From Utricularia gibba (lineage: Eukaryota > Plantae > Magnoliophyta), in contig CM007991.1 of assembly GCA_002189035.1 (NCBI GenBank), forward strand, positions 3,162,001 through 3,226,000: a DNA stretch of 64,000 nt, in the 5' to 3' direction. Both the position numbers and the translations under genes were made by a program. The notes beneath the pieces are model-generated. The model was not told the DNA's origin. It ran no database searches and saw only the letters and a list, made by a program, of their open reading frames with translations. This document shows positions 27,095 to 44,100 of the stretch, in pieces. The first letter of the stretch is position 1. Each line of letters begins with the position of its first letter.

Positions 27095-27625
27095 TCTTGG
27101 GTGTAGCCTGGGAGGTCGGGGTTTAGGAAAGAGCACCTCGGCTGCACGTTTGCTGTTGAATAAGAATTTACGCTGTACCCGTCTAATAGTTCTGGGTCAC
27201 TTCACCAAAGCCCAACACATTAGAGCTGTAGCCCATGAACTCTCTGGGATTAATTTACAGAGAGAGCATCGGAGTCGCTTCGTGTTTATTGCCTCTGTAG
27301 TGTAAATGAATAAATAGTTTTGAAAGTGAACTAAAAAAACAAGAGATTGCACGACACTTCAACCAGATTCTGAGATGTACCAAGGTTCTTTGGCGCAGAA
27401 GAATGAATAAAGCAGTAAAGTTAGCTTCATTTTCTACCTCACAGGAGTCTATTTCCCTTCTAAACGCAGCAGGTCCAGAAACAAGGCATTTTCAGAGTTG
27501 CATTGGTGATTAAATGATGCCCAACAGGCTCAGGACTTGAAGAAACAAAGAATCATCAGCCACCGGCTTTTCAGGGTTGCGTACATGATATGCAGAAACG
27601 TAGGTATGGGCATATGCCCTGGTAC

Positions 27626-29150
27626 TCAAGCATCGCCACCATCTTCATCAACGAAGGTATGCTCATAAGAGTCAAATTCAAAATCACGGCTCTCATGTTC
27701 CATGGTTCTGCCATACACAAACTGTTTTGTGCCCATTGTGGTGAATGGCATCAAACCGAATGCTCTTGCTGTCTTGATCTCACGGGCAATCTTTCTCTGA
27801 GCTTTCGCACTGATTCCAGTCTGCAATCACAGGGGATGGTTGAAAACAAGGAAAACAGCAGCAATTCATACTTGCGCAAAATTACTCACCTTGCTCCTTT
27901 TCTCAATGACACCCGCTTCAGTTATGAAGTTCGCAAGAAATTTCACATTCTGTGCAGAAAAGCCATTGTCAGCATCGAGAGCAAGAATGAATGCAGAAGC
28001 AAGAGTACGCATCAATACATCCGAACCCTGAAATCAGCTTTCGATAATACTTCCTCAGTGGTTGTTATGAACTCCCCCCGTCTGATGGGTTTGCGTACTC
28101 CAGGCTTCGTCAGATCTAGATCCTAGGAAATTCAACAGCACAAGCGAAAAGAGCATTCTTGAGTAACAAAATGATGATCTGCAACACATCTCAAGCACAT
28201 TTTGTTCTACAGCTTACACCTTTGTATCATATGTCATGTTTCTTGGGAAGTTAGCATCTGGCCTGAAACTGTAATCTTCTTTAGCAACTTCGTCCGGATC
28301 AAACTCAAAATAGGTGGCTGCTTTTTTTAGCTTCTGATCCATGCCATCCGTTAGGGAATTATTCGCCCCATATAAATCATCCCACATAGATGAAATGTTC
28401 CCATACCAGAGCCATCATAAGCTTTCTCAGTCTTGTCCAGCTTCTTCCAGAAACCCGAATTATTAGTATCACTAAAAAACCCCGTTTCTTGCACCTCTTG
28501 GCCAGGAGGAAGAGCACCAGAAGAAAAACCTAAACATTCCACCAATGCCAAAATTATCATTTAGTTTCTTAAAACGTGCAACCAGTTTCAGCAATACCAG
28601 AAAACTCTGACCAATCCAATTGAGCTCTTCAACCCCATGAACTGGAAGCAGATAGCCATCGTTATCATATAAAAAAAAATGAACAGCACAGAGCTCCAGC
28701 TCATGGGAAGGAATATAAGTCACCAAAAGAAATCACCGTAGCCAATCCATAAGACCATTGAAATCAAGGCAAAAAAAAACAGCACACAATAACAATTTTC
28801 TCTAAAAACAGATAAACAGATGACGAACAGCTGCATAGAGTTGATGGAAATGAACGACTTCGCCTGAATCTTACAACTTGAATCCCAATCGGTCGCGTTC
28901 TAAACTCAAAAGAAATAATCCTATTACAACAGAACCAAAATTAAGCACCAAACACACCTCTCATTTGATCAGGGAAGGAACTTCTGATGAAAAATGGGCG
29001 GTTGGCGGAACAGATGGATCCATCAGATGGGCCACTGATATTATCAGCCGCCAGGCAAGGCCTTCCGGCAGCAGCAACGAACGCCGCAGGCTGTCCCCGG
29101 AGAGAACCCGATTTTAGGGAAGAAAGCCTCCTCCCAACTACTCCCAGCAT
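27626..29150 (-). CDS. RPS18: Nuclear-encoded mitochondrial ribosomal protein S18-like; 1-nt frameshift near 28400-28402
   Basis: Transit peptide MLGVVGRRLSS..QMR|GFSS, then DGMDQKLKKAATYFEFDP, DLDLTKPGVRKP, ADFRNVKFLANFITEAG, TGISAKAQRKIAREIKTARAFGLMPF (S18 domain). Confidence 0.9.
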
Positions 29151-29402
29151 CTTGAAATCTCCGCAGCTTTGTGATTCCCGTTAGATGAAATTTACCAGGG
29201 TATTGAAGTCTCTTTGCGTTCGTCTCCCTAGTTTCCCCGTACAACGACTCGACGACGTCGACTTGGTATTCACCACCGGCCTCCGCAACCCTCGGCTTAC
29301 CCGGTTACCGGAGTAGAAGCCCAGGACTACTTCACTGACGGGGCGGCGCAACCTATCCAAGGAGCTAGCCCAGTAACTTGTGAAGTTTCAGCCCTAACTA
29401 AA

Positions 29403-29446
29403 TGGGCCATGAATTGTACTCCAGCATATGTGGGCATATATGGGCC
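29403..29446. promoter_or_regulatory. Site II elements upstream of mitochondrial RPS18
   Basis: TGGGCC at 29403-29408 and 29441-29446; characteristic of nuclear genes for mitochondrial proteins. Confidence 0.5.
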
Positions 29447-30620
29447 TGGATCGGCCCCCCCTCCGGTTAACATGTGACAAGTGAATGAAGCGTAGCGCAG
29501 CAGATCATCATCTACACAGACACCGCCATTCCTGTGCTGTAATGGCGCTTGTTGGATAAGAACTCCAATATCCTTTCAACTCATATCCGTATGGGCCTGT
29601 GGTCTTTAATCCTGTTTGTTTGCATGTTCATTCTCCCACCAGACATCGTTAATCTTGCTAATCTGCTGTTTACATCATTATGTCTTTGAATGATTACGTT
29701 TGCTGAGGCAGACATGACTAGATTGCATTCATTTCTTCCTGTTGGCTTAGAGCTGGTAGCAATTTGCGGGCACAATATGCCCATCTCTCCATATTATATG
29801 CACCTCCGTCATTATGATTCATGAGCTAACATGACAAAGGTAGGTAGTACTTCGACTTCAATCATGAATTTGTGGGTTGAGGGGTTGGTATTATTTCGAA
29901 TCACATGCAGCGTGGATGATGAGAATAGGGATTCAGCATTAGACGGATTTTATTTGCACAGAGTTGCATTGACTATGATAGCAACAATTGGTGGGCGCGG
30001 CCTAACATGGCCATGAGCTATTATTTTTTCTTTTGTTTGTTGAAAACAAGGGATTGGTCCCAGAATCAAGTGCATTATTACAGAAGGAAATCAATGGTAA
30101 AGAGTACGTGCACATGGGCCTCAACTAACATGAAAGATTCATGTTTCCTGTGCATGTGACAAGTTCCTGCAGTCGGTGATTTGCTTTTCTCCTTTCCTGA
30201 GCTGGGTTTTCACTGAGACCTATGCATCAGCATCTCGGCAATCTTTGGTTTCTGGTATCTGTGATCTCCGTTGAATGATGTATTTATGGTGGAATATATA
30301 TATATTGCCTTTCATGGTGGAAGTTGAGTTATATTGCGAGTATAGAGAACAAAGAAACTTAGCATAAAACAGGATCAATTCCAGTAAAGCAAGCATGGAA
30401 TCAACATTTTGTTGGAATCTGAATGGATGCTTGAAATACAAAGTTTTAAAGAAGAGAATCTTGGACAACACTGTTGCATCTGGCTGCATAGAGACGGGCT
30501 TTTACTCTACTATCTAAGGAAGCCAGAGGTTGCACAAAGGGTGATTCTCGAGGAATATCTTTATGTATCATGCTTTTCTTTGATGTAGTTAAGATATACT
30601 ACATGTCTTAGGCAGTGGGG

Positions 30621-32103
30621 CTAGCACCTGCTGCCAGGGTAGCACGGAAGCGCCCCAGCATCGGTAGTCAGGGAGCCAACAAGTGTAGATGATTTAGCTC
30701 CCAAGCTTGAAGCTCTGGCATAGCTCGGTGAAGCTCCAGCCCCAGATGGTACAAAGTAAGCTCCATTGAGCATTAGGTCACCATCTGATCGCCAATTCCA
30801 ATTCTTCCATTGGTATATGTTGTCGTTTACTCTCTTTGTTACCTGTTCCAACAGAATTATTAGCACCAGTAAATCAAGACAAATTGAATCAAACTACACT
30901 ACACTTTTATTAGGAAGGAGAGACATTTGACGCTTACTTGTTTTGCAAAAGGGTTAAATGGGGCAAGATATCGGTTGCCTTGGCTGTTGATAGTAGGTTC
31001 TGCGCTTCCTCCAATGGCGTACATTTCCCAGTGAGTGTAGTCATTGTTCACCACATGAAAGTATCCATGTCTACACCTGAGATTATTAGAGCTGGTCTCA
31101 TCAGACTTATGTGTACAAGTTCTTAATGCAAGGTTCAAATAGGAGAGCAGAGCTTGAACCTTGAAAGTAAAGGTGAATTTCCAAGTGGTGAAAGGTACAA
31201 TTGAAAGTTTGAATGGCATGGAAGTGAATGTGTGTATGTTTCTCGTTAAAAAGAAAAGAGCTCAACGCCTGCAAATTGTACCTTGGCATCCTCTGAATGC
31301 ATTGCTCACCGAAATGGTTGAATGCTATAGTGACTTGCATTAGCTTGTCCCTTGTGTAAGTATCACTATGTCCCAAGAGCATAACCTGCACCAGGAACCA
31401 GTCTCTCATCAATAAGCTTTACTCTGTGATCCAACTTCCTTTCAAACAAGCCACGCTTACCTCATTGTGCCTTGTGAAATAATTATTGGAGATCGTCAAA
31501 GAGGTCGAGCCCATAACCGCATCAACGAGGCCGTCAGCACAGTTCGAGAGGGAGTTGTGATCAATCCAAATGTGGCTTGAGCCAAATATTGAGACTGCAT
31601 CCCCATCCGCCATGGTCCTCCAGCCATAATGAGTAGGTGAGCTTCTGACCATGGCATTTCCTGTTGGTACACAGTCATGAATATGAAGTCCATGAATGAT
31701 CACATTGGTAATGAACTGTATCGTGATGCATCCTCCATGTGCAATATGCACATCTGCTCCACGACCATCAATGGTTTTGAAGCTGTTCATGATCAGCTCA
31801 TGCTTTAGTGTTATAACCATGTCCCTCTCGAATATGATCCACAGGGGCTCCGTTTGGATGACGGCATGGCGCAGAGTTCCCGGTTTTGGGTTCACGGGAT
31901 CATCGTCACTGGAATCAGTAACAACATAGATCTCCCCATCACGACCACCAATTGCACTGCGGCCGAAGCCAATGCTACAATCAGCGAGCTGCTTCCGGTT
32001 TTGCTCCCAGTTGGAGTTACATCTCCAGCAATCATCTATTGGATTTCCAGTACCGCATGAGAGATATCCAAGTTTCCTCTCCCGGGTGAGGTTTCTTGTG
32101 GCC
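30621..32103 (-). CDS. Pectate lyase (PL1 family); signal-peptide exons between about 32400 and 32770 not resolved
   Basis: [107 protein letters not shown]; four exons in frame. Confidence 0.95.
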
Positions 32104-33039
32104 CTGAGTATCCACAAACATTAAATTAAGAGACATCAGGGAAATGGGACAAAGCTGCGAGTGGCAACATGATCAGTATATGGTTCCTTAAATGTATCTA
32201 AAGTTCATAAACAAAAAGGAAAACTCGGAAGCCAGGATAAAAGTCAAATCAGCGGTAGCCCGCATTAAAGGCGCCTATTGGTGCATTTCAACAAACACGT
32301 TCTGGGCGTAGACAAGCAAGTGCATTTAATACGTAAAGCCAGAGAATAGAAGGTCCCATTCACGGTAAAGGCATCACCATCAATCACCAAATGGGCTCTG
32401 AACCAACAGACCAGACCCCATGTGATGGACAAGATCATCAGGCCCCTCTTTCTAATTTCCCTTATTCTGCCGAAGCCGTGAAAAGACATATATGCCATTC
32501 ACCTTCGTGCATGAGAAAAAAGATTCTTATCTCTGTTAATAGACTAAACCAGTCACTGCGGTGGAGCGCAAAAACGAAAACAAGAAGAAACAATCATGGT
32601 GAAGGAACACACAAGTGCCCCTGATCCCTCCCTTCTCACATGGGTTGTTTTGGCTGTTCAAAAACCTCTCTGCATCGCGGCAAAGGGGTGTCGAAAAAAG
32701 GTTGCTTTACCACGTTTGGAGAAAACCAGAGTTAGAAGGTGAAAGGAATGCTTACTGTTCCCCCATTGCTGGATTCCCAAATCTCTGCTGCGAATCCTCT
32801 ATCCCGGAGACTCTGAGTAAGCAAAGAGCAAAGCACTAAGCATGTCCTCGAGATAACCAAAAAAGAAGAAAAGATAGATAGACAGAGAGAAATACCCACC
32901 TATAGAGGGGAAGAGCCAGGAGCAGGAGAAGCAGCGGGAAGACAAGGCATCTGCCGGGAGGCATTCTGAGGTTGTGTGTGTACGTGAGAGAATCAAAGAA
33001 ATGCTGCAATTTTTGGGAGCAGGGAGAGAAGGAGGTAGT

Positions 33040-33048
33040 CTTTTATAG
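33040..33048 (-). promoter_or_regulatory. Probable TATA box of the pectate lyase gene
   Basis: CTATAAAA on the minus strand, followed by a CT-rich leader. Confidence 0.45.
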
Positions 33049-34744
33049 AAGATGGTGGGGTACGTACCCTCCTTATCTCTAAAGGGACACCCACACCAAC
33101 TCACGTTTAGGGGATCAAGTTCCAAACTTGGATGATTCACAGAGAACATGGGCGCATCCCAACACTTGGCTAACCAGGAGGAAACATTTTATTTGGATTA
33201 TTAGCTGGTTCTTCTTCACGCCATTATGCTGCTCAGACAGTTGGGGTGGTGCGATTTGAGCATTCCTTTTCAAATCCACAAATCACCATGGCCCCATGTG
33301 TTGGAAGAACACCGGATAAGGACACACATGTTGGAAGTATCCACGAAGCCGGGCTCCTCCGGGACTCCCACACACCCGAGAGACAATCTCCTGCGTCGTG
33401 GATTCTAAACTCCTACAAAAACTGTCGGAGATTGCATCCGCTTCGACATTACCAGACACATAAATACACTTAACGCCATTCCAAAGGCAGGAGAATAATA
33501 AATACGAGTTAGTTCCTAAATTAGCTTTTATTCTGAAATTTAAAATAATAATTAAATTATAAATCGTCTAAAGATTAGAAAACCAATTTCCAATTAAACA
33601 ATCCAGACCCAAATCAGTATCTTAATCAAAATTTTTCATCAATTTTTGTCATGACTTACCAACTTTTATAAATTACCATACATTCAATTTTCACGATTTT
33701 ATATTTTTTATAAATTTTTTGAATGATCACACATCATAAAATTATTCTAGATCAAACATGATTAATTTTAAAATTCATATTAACAATAGTCCAAGATGCT
33801 TAGAAAAATATCTTGCACAAAAATTTGCATAATCATTTTATTCTCTTTCTTTTTACTATACATAATGGATATTAGATTTGTTCAAAGTGATTCCACCATC
33901 ATTCCTTAGGCAGCCTTATATTATTTTAGTATTTCCACCATTGATTGATAGTTTTCGAACCAAAATTTCATATTTTTGTAACCCATTAGCTTCTAGTTTT
34001 AGCTGTGAAAACTTGAACTTGTAACTTTGGTTTTTATTTTTTTTAAAAATAAAAATAAAATTATATTCTAAACCTTAAATCCTAAATTCTAAACTCTTTC
34101 TCGAATTCGAATTTTTTTTTTCAATGGCAAGCTCTCTCCGGTCCGAAATTGGTGCAATTTGGTGAACCAAATCACATGGCCAACCAACGTGATTGTCTTC
34201 GTGTTTTGGGAAGGTACAAGCGAATATCAAATGGTGCACATGCCGGATGGTGACCCCCGCCAAAGATAGGTATGCTTCTTCTAAATATTATTTTTTGTAA
34301 TAAAAATTTACTGTTATTTCTAAACGTAATTTCCATTTATCTAAAACAAAAAATAAATTCAATTTACGTAACTAATAATTTAATTTATTAAAAATATATA
34401 TTTAAAAATGATTTAATTAAATTCATTATAAAAATAATTGAATTTTAAACATTCCCCACCCTACAACGCCTACTTTCAAAGGTACACGTTTGATTCCATG
34501 GAATATTCTACTCATCCTCCTCCCCAAAAATTTATTCAATTTATTTTATTTGTGTAATAAAATGAATTTAATATATCAATTAATATTCCGCTTTTCCAAA
34601 AAAAGAGTAGCTAGGGCGGCCTACTTTCGGTAAAGTGCAGCCCAATAAGCGTGGGCCGCCCCAAGCCACTATAAAAGATTGTTTTCCAACTTTTTCTCTG
34701 GCAAGAAGTGGGGCCCACTTTACTTTTGATCAAATATTTTTTTT

Positions 34745-34757
34745 GGGGGGGGGGGGG
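34745..34757 (+). repeat. G13 homopolymer preceded by a T run
   Basis: Read directly from the sequence. Confidence 0.9.
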
Positions 34758-35597
34758 TAAAAGATAATAACAAATTGTTGAGAATCAAATAATAAATTTC
34801 GAATTTTCGATTTGAGTTACAAATCGAATTTCGGAAAACATTGGATTAAACATAATTTATTTAACTAATCACCGTAATTTGTGAAATAAACTGTAAAGCA
34901 AGGGAGTAATGGTTTTGGGAAAAGGCGGTTATGGCGTCAAAGGGTTGACATTGACCGCCATTTCCACTTTTCCTTGTTGCCTGAGATCTTTCAAATATGG
35001 CGGTGACTTTAGTTGCTGCTCCTGTAGTTTACGCTCCGTAGAGTGGCGTATGTTTGTATAGAATTTGAGAAGGCCCGGAAACGGATGATTTTCGGGGAGG
35101 AGTGAGGGGGTATTGGATTGGGGTTTATTAGGCCTTTATTCGCTCACGCATGGGTGTTGCAGGTGGTGGGAGCATGTGTGTCGTGCACTCATGAAGGTGG
35201 AGGGGTGCGCTTGCGCTCCTCTGCGCCATCTGGCGATTCTTGATAGCCTCTTTTTTTATTCTGGGCGGTGAATGATAAGAGAAAGGTCGCAATATATAAG
35301 ACGGGAACTACAAGTAAGGATTTCTTTCTTTCTTTTTTGTAGTTTCCGTTGAACTTTCCCGAAATATTAGGCCATAGAGATTTGTAGATTGTGGGTATGT
35401 ACTGTTGTCTACGGTTTCATGCACGCCGTTTGTCCTGCTTGGAAAATTCGTGTTCAAAGTCAAATTTGGTACTAGGGTTCAAGAGGACTCCGAGGGGAGA
35501 GCTTTTGAGTTTTCCTTTGTTGAAGGGGTGAGTGATGCTGGGTTGTGATATAAATCCGGCAACGCGTTCCTGATCAGAGTTGAAGGGGGTAGTGGCA

Positions 35598-40785
<5,188 letters not shown>

Positions 40786-41143
40786 ACACTGAGGTCTGCA
40801 ACCACCACGCTCATATCCGTAGTTCTGGTTGACGTGACGGTTAGTTTACCCAGCTGCTAAAGATGGCGCCAGATTGTGGGGGGAAATCCCCACAACTCTT
40901 TTCACCATTCTAACCGTTTAAATGTTGTCTTTTCTTGAGCATGGGATTGGAATCAATAACCTGCCTGTCTGTTATTAACACCTTCCTGAGTCCTGTCGGG
41001 GATTTATTTCAAAGCGGAACATTGATTAAATAGATCGGACTTGTTCCTTGATCTAGAAGAAGCTAGCATCCCTGTTCCTGCCAACTATCTGAAACACACG
41101 AAATGTCACACGGAAACGGTACAGCAAGGGGAATCATCTTCCA

Positions 41144-44100
41144 CTACCTGCGGTCATTCGGCTTCCGCAGATGTTTGGCTGTTGCATCGACAGCAGCCCC
41201 ATTTTTCCCATCTTCTGCTTTGTTTTCCTGAGCATCGGCGGCTTTTTTCTGCTTCCGTTGGATCTCTTCGGCATGCCGGCGCCAAAAGATTTCCCTTTCT
41301 TTTCTTGGCATCTTTTCATATCTGGGATCGCTCTTCAGCCGTTGTTTAGCTGTTGTCCAAGAAGTCAGACATGTTTTACCATCTACTGTTTCTTGGGCAG
41401 CTGCTTCGGTTATTGCGTCTGCTAATAGAGCTTTGAAGTCCGCCACACACCTCTACACGAATCACCAGGAAAAGTCATCAGTAGGAACCGCATGGACAGA
41501 GATTTAAGAGAAGCTCGACTTTCCATGTACATTCATCGAAGATAGTGAACCTCACAACTAGCAGCATCTACGCGTCATGCAGGAAAAGAAACACTTCCTT
41601 CCCACGTAACTGAAAATGATTGAAGAAACGCTGCTTACCTCGTACAACGTCTTAACATGCTCTCTGAACAGCTTCTCTATGTCAGATTTATCCAGATGTG
41701 GATTCATACAACGCTGTTGAGGGTCTTTCTCCAACTTAAGCTTTGATTCCGTCCATGATGACTAGATAGAAAGTGCATAGAACAATCAGATACATGACGG
41801 AAAATAGAATCATATAAGCAGTGATGCATATGCCTAGGTCTTCGTGACAAATACCTATCTAAAAAACGGCGAGTTCTTAATCATAAAATAATAAAAAAAA
41901 TGCGAGATTTCCATCTATTCCACTTAAATTGACAGGAAAAAATCAACCTACACCTGACTGACAATCAAAAACTGATGAAAAAAAAATCTGGTCAAGTAAC
42001 GAAAATCAATACCTGGGGATCTTTTATTGTTTCAACCAATAGAGCTTGATATGACTCAACAGCTTCTTTACGGCGAGCTTTTTGTCTCACCCTCTCAACT
42101 TCTTGCTCCTCTCTTTCCTTTCGTTTTAGTAAAGCTCTCTGTCTTTCTTTTAGTTTGTCCTATGAACAGTGTCAATGCCCCCAAAAAAACACAGTTGAAA
42201 ATATCAATGATTTTTTCATGGTTTCAAAGAATAGTGCTACAAAATCTCAATGGCTGAATAATCGAAAATGTAAGTGAAACAAAGAAACGAAGAAGGCCTT
42301 AATTGCAAGATGCGGCTACTTACATCGTGATCTTCGCTTGCCTTTGTCTTCTGCGCTCTCTCTTCAGCGGCCTTCAGTTCATCTATGTACTCCTTAAACA
42401 ATTTTTCCCTGTCCTCATGCCCGACAGACTTGTATCTGGGATCACTTTTCAAGCTATCCTTTACCTAAGAAAGTCATAAAGGCGAGCATATATTGTAATA
42501 ATTAGACAAATTGCAATTAGTCAATAAGTGAAAGAAGAAACAGTGCAACCACGACTACAATTTTAGCATATCAATATCCACATAGACTACAACAGAAGCA
42601 CACTTGGATATAGGTCACATCAAATGGGAATTTCAAATTCGCACTTTGGCCAAACACGGAGATCAAATCCAACAATAGGATAACCACTGTCAAATAAATG
42701 CAATGCAAACCACATAAAAATCGCATCAGCAATTCATTGATGCATGCTCAGGGGATAGCCAAACCTTTGACCAGCGAGAATGAACAGTCAAATCTCCCTT
42801 GTCTTGGAGCATTGACCTGAAGTTCGATACTGCAGCAGCACGTGCTGCTTGCGTTCTTTCTTCAAGAGCCTTCTTTAGTGCAGATACTCTGGACAAAAAA
42901 AAACAATAATTTGTAGCAATTTGTACCCACTTGGAACATTACGTTGAACAAAAAACAAAATGCAAAATTCTAGAGCTCTAAGTCACACCTCTCATTTAAC
43001 AGCATCTCCTTTTCCTTCCTTTCCAAAGCCATGAACCTAGGGTCATCACCCCATCTCTTTTTAAATGTTTGATAATCAGTATTGTGGTCAATATCCTGAA
43101 AGTTAGCAAAAAGATTAAGGAGGTTTATATGCAAATACCAACACAATCAAAATTGCAAAAGAGAAGGAGAGTACTTCAATAGAGGACAATTGCATCAAAC
43201 CTCCTTTGCTTCTTCCAGTAGATGCTTGAAACCCTCTAAAGCAGCCTTCTGTGCAGCTCGTTTTTCCTTTCTCTCTTCTTCAGCACGTGTTCTTACATAG
43301 TGCTCAAAAAGTGCTCTGCGTGTACCATGGTCCTTTATAGCCTGTGGCAGGAGGATTTACTTATAGGAAAACTAAAATATTTTTTCAAGCCCTTGCATAT
43401 GTCATGAAAACTTGTTTTAGGAAGCAATCATACCTTGAACCGAGGGTCAAACACTATTTTAGGAAGTTCCTTGTCCCATTTTGAGAAGGGTGCCACACCC
43501 CTTTCCTTGAGCATTTCCTGGAAATCAATATGATGAATTGAAGAGTTTTAAGAAAACTATGTGAAACGAAAATGGCGATATAATATAAAATTCTAGGGGG
43601 GGGGGGGGGGGGGTACCTTAAATTTGAGTACACATTCTTCTTTCATTGAACGTTCATCATCATCTTCGTCAGAACTAGATGAGGAGTTGGACAAATCGGC
43701 ATCAATATCTCCATCCTTTTTCTTATCTTTATTGTTCTCATTTTGAAGACTCTTCAAGGCCCCTTCAGCAGGCTTCCGACCATTCACTTCTGAAACCAAA
43801 ACACCTGTTAGAGATGCTCCGGCAGAAGTGGAATCAGTACTCCCAGAATCCTGCAACTTCCTTTTAATAAGATCCAATGCAGAAGATGGCCCAGAGATAA
43901 CTGACGACCTGGGAACCATTGCATCACGGCCACCTGTGTTCACAGCGGGGGTGCTTAAACTATAAACATCAGATCCTTTTTCTGCTGCAACATTAGTGGT
44001 CACCGCAGAAACTGTAGTAGCTTTCAAAGCCTGAGAATCCTGCACCTTCCTCAATTCTGCCACCTCAGTGGGTATCTTCCAGCTACTCAACTGATAAATC

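Noticed and set aside
26010-29150. ORRM2 and RPS18 (plus the PPR-like gene) as a mitochondrial gene-expression cluster
   Set aside because: Such genes are numerous in plant genomes, so adjacency is expected by chance; no shared element beyond generic site II motifs.
30455-30490. TTLLHLAA ankyrin-like peptide on the plus strand
   Set aside because: Flanked by stops within a few codons, with no second repeat; probably chance.
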